DNA of 64,000 nt, taken from NCBI GenBank assembly GCA_029953675.1, contig JAMWBK010000012.1, positions 1,054,001-1,118,000 on the forward strand, given 5' to 3'. The first letter of the stretch is position 1, and every line of letters begins with the position of its first letter. Of the stretch, positions 42,963 through 54,374 are shown piece after piece. The notes beneath the pieces are model-generated. The model was not told where the DNA came from and did not search any database. It was given only the letters and a program-made list of their open reading frames with translations. The translations under genes and the position numbers were made by a program. Source of the stretch: Rhodosorus marinus CCMP1338 (taxonomy: Eukaryota; Plantae; Rhodophyta).

Positions 42963-45900
42963 GTTTGCCCCCAAACTCTGCGGGAGGAATGTTAGAACTT
43001 GCCCTGACAGCTGTGTAATCTGTGTAAGACACTCCCTACTTTAGTGTAAGACACTCCCTACTTTAGTGTAAGACACTAGTGTGATAGTATCCAACAGTTT
43101 CTACTTTACTGTCAGGTACGTCTTAGTTTACAGTAACCAAGACTATATAAGACCTAGCTTTGCTAGATCTTGAAACCTAGAATTAAGTAAAGACAAGTTG
43201 GTTAGAAGAGTTCTAACACACTATGCGGAGGCATTCCCAGCCATCGGGGCGGGCCCTACAAGGCCAACCTTCGCCGAGTTTGCAGCTCAGAAAGAACCAG
43301 GGAGAGGAGGAGATGCTCGTTCCAGAAATTCTGGACGCCCCGGACCCCAGACCCAGCAGGCTGCCCTGCGGCAACTGCACGCTACGGTCGGGGGGTCTGG
43401 CTGGGGACCCGATGTTGCTCCAATCCTCGCGACGCTACGGAATGTCCGACCCCCAAGGCTGGATGAGGTGGCCCTTGCGGACCTTGCAACGGTTCTTTGC
43501 AGAGCACTGGGTATGCCCAGCTCTTATGTGGTGCATGTGGACTTTATTGCCTCCCATGCCTGCCTGCTGTGCCATCCAGACGCAATTCCGATTCTCCAAA
43601 GTGCCATCTCCCGAGGAGTTTTCCATACTGGGATTTTCGGATCCTTCACACAAGGACACGCCGATCGACAAGTAACTCTTTACACTGGCGCTGGACCCAG
43701 ACAACCTTCTGGGTTACCTCGAACGTCAGACCATCGCTCCCGGGGATATCGCTGCCCACACGCTGAAGCGGGCTATCGAGCAGCTTGTCCGCATTCGTTC
43801 GAGGAGCCGCAGGCGACAACTCTCCTTCCACACTCTCGCAGCGCTCTACGAGTATCTGGAGGCACGACTAGAGCTCCTAAAAGGCAGACAACATCCGCCT
43901 GAGGTACCCGGGGAGTGCGCGGAACCCCCTGGGCCTGCAGCCGCTTCGAACGCAGACCCTGCAGCCTCGTCCCTTCCAGGGGATGTACAGGCAGACCGTG
44001 GGACAGTTGACGCCCCGGTTGAGACCAGCGCGACTTCCCAAGTACCTGAGAACGCAGCGCACGAGGACAATCCCCACGCGGAGCTCCTCTGCAACCTTCC
44101 GGAGCCACCTCAACAGAAGCGCTTGCGAGTATCCGCCGATAGAACCGGACCGGATACTGAGATGACTCCGGCAGCCGTGGAGACTCCACCGGATACCACT
44201 GTGACACAGGTTGCCCTTGACGGCAACCATCACGCGATGGACACGCAGGAGAGCCAGGAAAACCCAGCGCAATAATGCCGAGCAGACGTAGGGGAATCAA
44301 ACGACGCCGCGACGAGCCTCTGTTCTTGTCGGATCGTCAAGACTGGATTAGACGGTGGAGCGCCTTCGTCGACGACGTCACCGAAGGAGGCAGGCAGTGG
44401 ACGCGCCTCACACACTGCCCGGTTCCCACACGGCGATTTTGTGCCACGCTGCCAGGTCCACACATGGAGCTGCCTCTTCCGTGCTGCATTAGAGCTCTCT
44501 ATGGACAGCACCGGACCAACAAACGCCAGCCTGGTTCTTGTCGGACTTCCAGGCCTTGTCCTTGGACACTCTGCACTTGATGTTGGCATTCAGGTATCGC
44601 ACGTACTTGAAGGAGAATCCTCTACGGTCTGGAGCGCTCTAGAGGACAAGGCGTCTATGCTGTCGCATACTACCGCACCGCGAGGAGCTGGAGCGGTTCG
44701 ACGCAAACATCTCGGGCGCGTTGAAACTAGCACACCTTGGCCGCCTTTCAGATGCAGCTCGGAGCCTACAGGCCACCGAAATGGCACCTTTTACGGCGGC
44801 TACGTGGAGAAAGCTACAAGCGCTCTTTCCAGACCCGGCAGAAGGTGACTTACCAGACGAGATTGCAAAAGCCCTGCAATCTTTGCTCGCTCTGAATACC
44901 GAAACACTTAAGCGGCGGTGGGATTCAAGAAAAGCGGCCGACGAGGGCTTCATGTCCATCGTGGCACGTCTTCCTCAGGGCAAGAGTCCAGGTCCTAGCG
45001 GTCTCCGAGCGGAACACCTCCAAGGTGCAACTCAACAGACGCAAGTGGCGTTGATTCGTGTATTGCGACAACTGGCGACCGCTCCGGAGAAATTTTCCCC
45101 GGCTCTGATCCGTGCCCTTCGCAGCAGTCGACTCCTGCCGTTCTCGAAGCCTAACAAGGGTACAGTGCCGCAGGAACATCCCGGAGTTCGCCCTATTGGA
45201 GTACCAGAAGTTTTGCGCAAGGTAGCAACGCAATGGACTCTTCACGCGGTTATGGACAGGGTGCGTGAGCTCCTGGTCCCCTTACAACTGGGTATTGGAG
45301 TAAGTGGCGGGTGCGAACGCTCACTTCACGCGATCCAGGCCCATTTGTCATGCGAACCCGATTCGGTGATCCTTCGGCTAGACCTGGAGAATGCCTTTAA
45401 TCGCATCGACCGACGCCTTGCCAAGCAACTGCTGGACGAGCACTTCCCGGAGCTTGCACCAGTGTATAGACTTGCGTCGGTGAGTCCGCGTTGCGCTATG
45501 GAAGCAACAACGCGGACTCACCGACGCTCTGTGGCTGGCGATCCTCCCCTGGACAGAACGAAACCGACACCTCTCGCCTGACTCTCCAAGCAGCTACAGG
45601 AGTCCAACAGGGAGATCCACTGGGGCCGGTGCTACATGCACTATCCCTGGCGCCCTTTCTAAGAGCGTTGCGAGCCAAGTTCCCCAACGAAACGATTGTT
45701 GCTATCCACGACGATATCACGATTGTCGGGTCGCTACAAGCCTTGAAGGCATCCCTGGCATGGGCAAAAACTGTGCTCCCCTCTCTTGGAGCACGCCTGC
45801 AACTCGGCAAGTGCACTGTGTACGGGCGAACACTGACTACCACGCGAGTGGTCAACCATGAAATTCCCGGAGTCCAAGTGACCAGAGACGGAGTCACCAT

Positions 45901-46405
45901 CCACTCGATACCGATAGGCAGCCGAGAATATATCGAACAGGAGTGCCGGGGGTTGCAAAATAAGCATGAGAAACTCTTTGAGGAAATTGCCAAGCTCCCA
46001 CAACCGGAGCTTACGACGCAAATTGCCCTCTTCAGGTTCTGTGCGGAAACGCGGCTAGACTATATTCTACGATGCCTCGCATACGAGTTTGGAAGAACTC
46101 TTGCACGCGAGGCCGACGTGATGACCAGATATCATCTGGAAATTCTATTCGGAGGCCTCGCTACGACAGCTGTAGAGGACGATGAGTACGCAGAGCTGAT
46201 CTCGGACCAAATCGCTCTGCCCTGCCGCTGGGGAGGGTTGGGTTTCGCTACTCGAAAGCGCGTCCAACCCATCGCGTTTTACTCGTCATGGAGAAACACC
46301 TTCCGGAACAATGAAGATGAATGGCCATACCTGACTGAACTAGAGCGGGAGGTTTCGGCAGAACGCTCACCAGACACATACGAGCCGATGGAGCAACGAT
46401 GGTAA

Positions 46406-48330
46406 ACCACCAGATACTCGGCAGGATGGTTAGTAAAACCGTTTTGAAGCCCTACAAGCTTGGATTTTCGAGGTGCTCTCAAAGCTAGACTTAAACCTAC
46501 GTGTGGCGTAATGCGAACTAGCTACGGGGAAACTAAAGCGTACAAACCAAGGCACTGGGAGCGAGTCTTGGCTAGCATGCAGCTCGAATATCGCCATAAA
46601 GCGACACTTACCCGGCATAGCAATACTAGATACTGGGCAGGGTGGTCAGTAAAACATTTTCGATGCCCTACAAGCTTGAATTTTGTAGATGCTGTCAACT
46701 GCGCCTGAGAGCTATGCGAGTGGACTTGAAGAGCGCTTCGATTCACCAAAAAGAGGAAAAGCTCGATGGCCAGTGGTAGACAACGATACGAAACAACCCA
46801 AGTGAGAACCACTGCGGTATTGAAACAAGGCATACCGGCAGATAAATTCCTCTTCATATGGCTGACTGGACTGAGCACGACTGGATTGAGCACTACCGGG
46901 TTGACGGTGCGCCGATAGGCCGGCGCACCATGCAAAAACTGGTCACAAGCAGGGGAGCTTGAGTTGATTCTACATAGGTGCACCGCCTGTGTATCGTCAA
47001 AGAAACATTTTTCAAAATTTTTAATTCTATCTACATTGGTAGTTTTTCTAACGTAGCCTTCAGTGGATATATAGACCAAACACTAGGCGGGCCGCCGTTC
47101 ATTTCAACATCCATCGTCATCGAACCCTGTTTACATGAAGACGAAGAACACGGCATCGTAGTGCTCGACTAGTAAGTCCACAACAAGCTGGCTTGATGCC
47201 GTTCTGCAAGCTTTTGTTTTTTTTGCTCATCCCCTGCGAAAGCCAAACACACTGCTGCGTACAATTGCTCAAGTGAATGGTGCCTGTGATCGTGATCATC
47301 TACGTGTTTGTCCAACTCATTCATCTCATCTTTCTTCCCGTAAAGAACCATACTTCTTAATCTGTTTCTCGCGTCAAACTTACTTCTCTTCTGTTCCTTC
47401 TTCTACTTCATACCATAAGCATCGGCCCCGACCATCCACCTACCCAATCTACCATCATCTTTATACAGCAACATGGACAGTGCAGTTCACCAACTACTGG
47501 AATAGAAACTTCCTGAATGTTGGAGGAAGTTCATCATGTGAATCAGTCGCAACCCGATGTAAGAGTGGCGACAAAGAGTCCCAACTGTAGAACTTCTAGA
47601 AGCCGCTTTCGGACTCTCTGGTATGATTCCTCCTTTCTGTTTGAGTCTCTAAGAATAGATTTTTCGTACACTCGCCATGAGCGGTGGTAAATACATATGA
47701 AAAAAGTTGGTAACCGACAACAATTTAGAGCTTCTACACAGGCCATCTAACCGTTTCCATCCGCAAATTCTTCACAGGTTCCAGCCTTTCATTGTGGAAT
47801 GCTTTGGGCATCTGGAAAAACTAAGCTTGGAGTGGCTGCGCAACTGTTTCACCGAACATCCTGAAGCATATCTGGTGCTCTTCCACCGTTTGAGTGTCGC
47901 TCTCTGGCGGTAATCTAACAGCATGCTCGCCGAGGAGGGGCACCGCCGACTGGCTTGCATGTTCTTGCCCCTAGTCCCTAGTTTTCTTTTACATCCTGCT
48001 TAGCGCATCAGGCTATATTAGTAAAACCACCATCAGCTCATCATGAGAATCAGTCGCAAACTGATTACGTCAATAGACCAAAACTGTAGAACCTCCAGAA
48101 GCGCTTTCCGACTCTCTAGAACTCCGTTGTTTGAGTCCCTAGGAACGGATTTTTCGTACATTCGTTTATGAGTACAGATGAAAAAAAAAAAGGTTGGCGC
48201 AACCGACAACAATGTAGACCTTCTACGCAGGCCATCTAACTGTTTCCAACTCAAACTTAAACTTAGTAAAACCATCCAGTTAAGCTTAGGATTTGGTATT
48301 CAATTATCTCAATTTGTAACCCACAACAAT
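46406..48330. mobile_element. Mosaic of old family-A-like 3' fragments and a ~220-bp duplicated block (47536-47760 and 48042-48247)
   Basis: KCFTDHPAQYLVLL..ALWRYSS (minus, 46410-46690); FQPFIVECFGHLEK..(plus, 47780-48025); shared AACTGTAGAAC..GATTTTTCGTAC..AACCGACAACAAT..CAGGCCATCTAAC. Confidence 0.65.
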
Positions 48331-49419
48331 CTAGACCTTCTCCTCTTCCATCGAACTGTCTCCAACACGAGGTATCTTAACGTCTCACTGTCAGGGCCCG
48401 GGACGGGGAGGGAAGGGGAGAAAGAAGACAGTTAGTTGTTCGAAAAGATAATATCGCCCATACACCTTCCCATCCCATTAGGAGATAGCATCTAGGCCAC
48501 AGATATTGAACTGTCCTCCCCTCTATGAATTTCAGGCGGAAGCGGAGGAGGAGTTCGTTCCTTGAAAAGAATATGCAACTTGCATGTGGAGACCGGTATG
48601 GAATCAAGAGGAAATTGGCAGGTGCTATGTCGGGTTGGGTCAAGTCGGGCGGGTTATGTAATATACCCCACGCGTAGGTGAGAACAGCTGAAAACAGAGA
48701 AGTTTTCGAGGGTTTGGTGGGAAACATAGTGTGGGGAATATAGAGGATAATAGGCGATCCCAGTTCGTTCGTCACAGGAATCATTTCGCTAGGGGGGAGT
48801 AAATTTTGATGGCTATGCCTGGATGGCGCGCGAAACTTGCATATGTCCGCCTGCTTCATGTGGGGAATTAAGGAGCAATAAAAGTTTGTTTCTTAGTCTA
48901 ATTCGAAAAGAGGCTGTTTTCGAGGATTCCTATTTTTAGACTTTGGTTTTTTTTGAGGTCTACGGGGCGGGGTTACAAGCCATCTTCAATCAGGTGGGGG
49001 AGGACGTTTTGGGTGTTGGAAAGCGGTTTTTCAGCTGAAGGGGATATTCTGGAATGCAGTGAAATAATAAGCAAAACAGCTCATGAAAGCATTGAGCAAG
49101 AGAAGAGACTTAGTAAAGTAGCATAACCATTCATGTTGCTTATAGCCACTACGAGGTAGCTATTAAGGAAATTCATTCATTATCGGTGTAACTAGTTTGA
49201 ATACACGTATTAATTAGAACTGGCATCTCAAATATTATGTTTTACAAAAACATCTTTTCTCTCTTACCCAATCAATAAACTTAAAATTATGTGTTAGCCA
49301 ATCATTGAATTCTCGATTATTTCAATCCGGTCCTAACCAAGGAGGGTTTTATTTTTCCCGTGGCCCGCTCGATTCAGCGCAGATTCTTGGTATCCAGGGA
49401 ATTCGCTTTCCGCAGTGCT

Positions 49420-49510
49420 TGAAAGAAAAACAACCTCGAGGGGAAAAACAAGACTACGCGCGGCGAAGATCGCGCGTCTCCAAGAAACTCAAACGGGTAA
49501 ACAAACCGTA
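49420..49510 (-). mobile_element. Family-C 3' fragment
   Basis: CCTCGAGGGGAAAAACAAGACTACGCGCGGCGAAGATCGCGCG..AAACGGGTAAAC. Confidence 0.6.
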
Positions 49511-49874
49511 GGGCGGGGAGTGAACCAGGTTGTGTGGGTTCTACCTCCTGGTTCTTGCAAATTTTCATATTTTGCTGAGAGCGGGGAAATGCGAGATATT
49601 TCCCGCACCTCTATTACCGAGCGCCAGATGGGGAAATGAACTCGCCACACAATTTTGAGCACTGAACAGGTCTAAAAATAGAAACAAATCAATGCCGTGG
49701 ATACAAATACTATTTGAGCATTTTCAGGTGCACGCAGTTGCCTGGCGGCTTCGCGTGGATGGTCCGTGCTCTGACCGGCAGCGTCGAATGGAGGGGTACC
49801 GTCGATGCCGTTATCAGCAATATACGCATGTCCAACTCCCTGTGGACAACATGTACAAGAGCAGGAGAGCATAG

Positions 49875-51115
49875 CACTTACTGGTGGTGGTTTTATTGTC
49901 TTTATTCGGCTTTACTGGTTGGTTTTATTAGCATAGCCTAAAACGCTACGCAAACCGTGAAAAGGAGCTAAGAAGCGTGCAAACCCAGGCGCCGATGGCG
50001 CGCCTCGGCAAGCATGCTGCTCGAATATTGCCAGAGAGAGACACTTAAACGCCGCAAAAGTTCCAAGTATTCAACGGGATGCTCAATTTTTCCGCAACCA
50101 CTCCAAACCCGCCCTCTCCAACTGACCAAAGCTTTCCTCAATGAAAGGCTGGAACTGGTGGGAGCGACCCTCAGCGCGAGACAGACAGGCCATACTCTCA
50201 GCATACCGTCGTTCCTTCACGCGGCGAAGGGCCGAAGCAGCTGCTCCCCGGCGGCGGGCGGCAGCCGTGAGATGGGCGCTTGCCACAGGGCATGTAATCG
50301 CGAGGTCAACATATACTCAGCGTCTGGCGGCAGCATCGGAGACGAGGAGATCTGCGATATAGCGGGGAGGTGCCCTATCCGAAACCGATCTGGGTAGTTC
50401 CGATTCCACCTCCAACGTATGCCCTACCCGAGTCAAACATTCGCTGAGAATGTACTTGAAGCGAGTGTGACGCCTCGTACGAAGACCTCTCAACAGTCCG
50501 CATGAACCTAAGAAGTGGTAACCACAAGCATCGATCCGACTCTCGCATCCCTAACAGAAAAACGGCCGATTAGAGTGGCACGGAGCTTGTGCCAAACCCA
50601 GGTAAATCCGTGCGGCAGAGCGAAACTGGAAGGCATCAAGACTGTGACCCAGTGATGACGGCAGGGTCGTTAATCACAAATGTGATAGATGGCCTCCCAT
50701 GACGCGGAGGCGAGCGGCGGTGGTAGGCGGTGTGAGGGGAGAGTTGAGCAAGATTGCGTGAGCGGCACTGTGTTAGCCCCAGGTGAGGCTATGTTGAATC
50801 ACATCAGTGCGCGAGCTCTACAATCGGCTCAGACCAGGGTAATCGGCAACCGGTGACCCGGGGCTAGCTTCCCCCTCGTCGGCGAGTACTCTGTCGATGT
50901 TAGAGTCCTCGAGCGCCTCAGTTCGTCCCCATAACAGCTCCTTCCAGGAGCGAAATCTGGATCGGCTCTCGTCCGGCACGGCGTTGCACTTTCTCAACGC
51001 CTGTTGCGGAGCATCATAGATACTCAAAAGCGGTGGCGGAAGGGTCACGGGGTCTTCGCTAGTCAGTGCTCTAGCCAAAAGGCAAGCACTTCTTCGCATC
51101 TGAAAACTCACCAAG
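49875..51115 (-). mobile_element. 5'-truncated family-A copy with an extended repeat tail
   Basis: LVSFQMR..DYPGLSRL..CYIADLLVSDAAARR..FQPFIEESFG..ARHRRLGLHAS; tail AATAAAACCAACCAGTAAAGCCGAATAAAGACAATAAAACCACC. Confidence 0.88.
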
Positions 51116-51124
51116 GTGCGAAGT

Positions 51125-51345
51125 TGCTTTATTGAAAAGTTGTTTTATTAGCATAACCTGATGCGTTGCGCAAGATGTAAAAGGAAAGGGCGGCTTGGGA
51201 GAAGAGCATGCAAGCCCAGGCGAGCATTTTGCTAGAATACCGCCAGAGAGCGACACTTAAACTGCGGAGGAGCACCGGATATTCTTCAGGAAACATTTGC
51301 GCAGCCACTCCAAGCTTGACTTTTTCCAGATGCCCAAAGCTTTCC
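51125..51345 (-). mobile_element. Older family-A 3' fragment directly downstream of the sulfatase stop
   Basis: ESFGHLEKVKLEWLRKCFLKNI..ALWRYSS; tail GGTTATGCTAATAAAAC. Confidence 0.7.
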
Positions 51346-51365
51346 TAAGGTGGGACTTGCATTTA

Positions 51366-53030
51366 CTAAAGTACGACTTGTATCTGAACGTCTTCCCATA
51401 GTAACCATCGCTCAGTCTGAATATTGACGCGGACGATGTAGTCTCCTGGGCTCGGGTAGGTGATACTTATGGAGCTCGCGGTTCGTGAAGTGCTGGTGAC
51501 GCCATCCGTCCATACGTCCCGGAAGATCGCTTCATCCACGCGCACTGGGATGAAAGTTTCCCAAAAGTAGGTCACGGCTTCGCCCTGGATGCTCGATCCT
51601 ATTGCCTCGAACGAGATGGGCATACCCGTCATCGTCACAAGCTGGTCGCCAACGACGGAAAGCTGCAAGCGAAGGGGGTTGGGAGCTCGGGTTCTGTTGT
51701 ACACCGGACGAATATTCTTACTGTTCCATTCCGTCCATTCGTTGAGCAATCTTTGCATTTTCACCGGTCTATTGTCTGCTATGTTCGTGGTTTCGCCGAT
51801 ATCCGATCTCAGATCATATAGCTCCGGCTCCTCCGTACTATGGATGACTGCCTTCCAGCGGCCTTGACGGATCATTCCTCTGCTTATCCCCTCAGGGTTG
51901 GGGCCTCCAAAAGCAATGAAAGGGTGAGTCGGTCCGCTTGCTTCCGGCGCACTCTGGCCAACCTTCCTGAAAAATGGAATGAGATCAACCCCGACGAGGT
52001 CGGGATTCTTCCTGTTCTCAGGAACGCCAGCGAGGTTTTCTAGAGTCGGGTAGATGTCCAGATGGGTTGCCAACTTTTTGAACGTCTGTCCGCTTTGGAG
52101 AGTACCAGGCCAGGTTATGTACCACGGGACCCTCAGGCCTCCTTCATAGTATGAACCCTTTATATCCCTCAGCGGTTCGTTGATTGCACCGTGTTTGTGC
52201 CCACCGTTGTCGCTGCTGAACATAATGACGGTGTTCTCGGTGAGGCCGGCCTTCTCGAGGTAGCCACGGATCCTTTCAACTCCTCGATCGAGCGATTTGA
52301 TCATTGCCACGTAAGACCGACGATCCGGAGAGACGGTCGGGTCCCGGTCGCTCGGCAGAGAGATCAGCGGGGCATGCGGCGCGTTGTACGACAGGTAGAG
52401 AAAGAAAGGCTTCTCAAGCCTCTTCGCCTTGGCAATGTAGCCTATAGCGGCGTCCGTGAAGTTGTCTGTAATGTATTCAATGTCATTGACGCGATCGAAA
52501 CCTCTGTAGATGTAGTCATAGTCATCGAGCTCCGGGTCGTATTCTTGCGAGCGCAAGTAATTCCACGAGCCCTTGAGGAACCCGAAGAATCCGTTGTAGC
52601 CACGGTTCTTCGGGTGATGACCAGGAGAGTGCCCTAAATGCCACTTTCCAACGCAGTAGGTCTTGTACCCGGCCTCTTGCATCGTCTCCGGTATTGTTTT
52701 ATATTCTAGTGGAAGTCCCACGCGGTTGTCCCAATAGTCCTTTGGAGCATTGAATGCGGCGCCAATTCTGAAAGGCCAAATCCCCGAGAAGAGACCGGAC
52801 CGCGACGGCCCGCAAAAGCTGTGCGGAGCGTATCCATCGGTGAGAATGACTCCATCTCTTGCGAGCTTGTCGATATGAGGGGACTTGACATCGTCGCTGC
52901 CCTGGACGCCAAGGTCGTTGTAGCCCAGGTCATCAACCAGAATCACAATCACGTTCGGTTTATCCTGCTGGCACTCACCAAGCCATACCAGAGCCACCCA
53001 CAAACCTAACCATATGCTAATAAGTCTCAT
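51366..53030 (-). CDS. Secreted family-S1 (formylglycine-dependent) arylsulfatase-like protein with a C-terminal PKD/Ig-like extension
   Basis: ATG 53030 gives signal peptide MRLISIWLGLWVALVWLGEC; KPNVIVILVDDLG, CGPSRSGLFSG (CxPxR), GKWHLG, NAPH, SDNGG, KGSYYEGGLRVP, ELYDLRSDIGE. Confidence 0.93.
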   Translation of the reverse strand: MRLISIWLGLWVALVWLGECQQDKPNVIVILVDDLGYNDLGVQGSDDVKSPHIDKLARDGVILTDGYAPHSFCGPSRSGLFSGIWPFRIGAAFNAPKDYWDNRVGLPLEYKTIPETMQEAGYKTYCVGKWHLGHSPGHHPKNRGYNGFFGFLKGSWNYLRSQEYDPELDDYDYIYRGFDRVNDIEYITDNFTDAAIGYIAKAKRLEKPFFLYLSYNAPHAPLISLPSDRDPTVSPDRRSYVAMIKSLDRGVERIRGYLEKAGLTENTVIMFSSDNGGHKHGAINEPLRDIKGSYYEGGLRVPWYITWPGTLQSGQTFKKLATHLDIYPTLENLAGVPENRKNPDLVGVDLIPFFRKVGQSAPEASGPTHPFIAFGGPNPEGISRGMIRQGRWKAVIHSTEEPELYDLRSDIGETTNIADNRPVKMQRLLNEWTEWNSKNIRPVYNRTRAPNPLRLQLSVVGDQLVTMTGMPISFEAIGSSIQGEAVTYFWETFIPVRVDEAIFRDVWTDGVTSTSRTASSISITYPSPGDYIVRVNIQTERWLLWEDVQIQVVL

Positions 53031-53262
53031 GATTTGATCAAAAATATAAACAAACCTTACTCCTACCCTTTCCAACACCCGCTCCAATTGACGTGCTAGT
53101 GGTCTTTCATACCTTTATACACTGCTAATCGCTCCCCATCCGACGAAAAAGTCTTCATGCCGTTTCGAATGTATGTACATCGACTCTATACACTGAAGAA
53201 CCAGATTAGGAAGCCCATCAGCTCCCATAACTCTGTTCCGAATGAATCAGAACATCCTCGTC

Positions 53263-54273
53263 CGATTCCAAACAGAATAGCTGTATCTATCCGAGTATAG
53301 TCCACGATTGGAAAAAAAAACGCGGACAGATCTATGTGACTCGCTCGAGTCACATAGATCTGTCCTGGTTTGGTTTTTGTTTCAATTTGGGAAACTTGTT
53401 TCAAACCCCCTAACCATTTCCCTCTCCCCCGCTCACTCTAACCGAGCACCTGCATTTGGGTCGCTGTCTTGATTCCTGAGGACAAAAGCATAGAGTCCAT
53501 TTGACTCCCAACCACTTTGGTGAACAATCCCACTCACAGCCGGGGTTAAGTATCCACAAATGACTCTGCTGCATGATAGTGGCTCTATTAGCATAATTTT
53601 TGCGAAGGATAAAACAATTTCTATTCCAGGGTTGTATTTGCGAACAAATAGTATCGAAAATATTTGTACAACTACACTATACGTTTAAACGTGAATCTAA
53701 AACAATTCTAACCCCCCTCCTAAGTACGTCGAATGGTTTTCTATTCGAGCACTAACTTTGTCGAGAAATGAACGCGTTTAGTGTTGTGCTGACCCACTTT
53801 GCATGCGCATAAATACATTTTTAATGTATAGTGTAGTATTTTTGACTGTTTTGGACTTGAGATCGCGGGCCTGGGGGCTAAGCTTCTTATGCTTGTTTTG
53901 GTGCTCACACAGCACCTGGTCTGCGGTCAAATGAATTCTATTATCCGAGCGGAGGTGGGTAATGGTACATTGAAATTGTACCGTTCCACACCTCTCTGCA
54001 GTCTTTCTCCAGCAACTCACTCGGTAGATCCCAAACAACCATCTCACTTTTCCTTGAAAATGGGAATGGATTTGTGGAGGCGGGTACTATTAGCCGACTA
54101 TTACTAATAGTCCAATATCGAGTGTTGGGCTTTTGCAAAGGCTGTCCTGAGGCAGAATAGACTACGGGGCTGGAAACGCTGTATTTGTTTTATGCCGATT
54201 TTCATGAATACGCCGTTCTGAAACCGAATCGTGGACTATACTCGGATAAATGCTATTATTCTGCTTGGAATCG
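53263..54273. repeat. ~47-bp inverted repeats (53263-53309 and 54227-54273) bracketing ~920 bp of non-coding DNA; candidate MITE
   Basis: GATTCCAAACAGAATAGCTGTATCTATCCGAGTATAGTCCACGATT versus the reverse complement at the right, 6 mismatches; no TSD seen. Confidence 0.5.
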
Positions 54274-54374
54274 CATCCAAGAATATTATCTACGGTAGCG
54301 AATACGGTACGAACGAACGAACGAATGGTTTAATCGGAGGCTGAAAAAAAAAAAACCCCGAGGGGAAAAAAAGA

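Larger units (their letters stand above)
38566..43218 (+). mobile_element. Ty3/Gypsy chromovirus-like LTR retrotransposon (element L2), nested in family-B ORF1
   Basis: LTRs 38566-38771 (206 bp) and 42990-43218 (229 bp), TGTTAGAACT...AGTTCTAACA termini; 5-bp TSD CACTA (38561-38565, 43219-43223); PBS-like TGGTCTCATCGC; PPT GCGGGAGGAA. Confidence 0.96.
37939..46405 (+). mobile_element. Family-B element with 5' end, ORF1 (from 37994, split by LTR element L2) and ORF2 (from 44275; RT present, 3'-truncated before RLE)
   Basis: ORF1 reads through the CACTA TSD (..DLGHY/AEAFP..); VDFIASHAC; ORF2 GKSPGPSGLR, VRPIG, LDLENAFN, GVQQGDPLGP, AIHDD, LPCRWGGLG, with frameshifts. Confidence 0.88.

Noticed and set aside
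37939-46405. DIRS/Ngaro or Penelope identity for the RT elements
   Set aside because: No tyrosine recombinase, GIY-YIG or split terminal repeats; the C-terminal CCHC plus RLE and variable-length TSDs indicate TPRT non-LTR elements
46522-47590. ORFs 46522-47079, 47169-47351 and 48377-48859 as genes or transduced gene fragments
   Set aside because: Partly made of degenerate element sequence; the remainder has no recognisable domain
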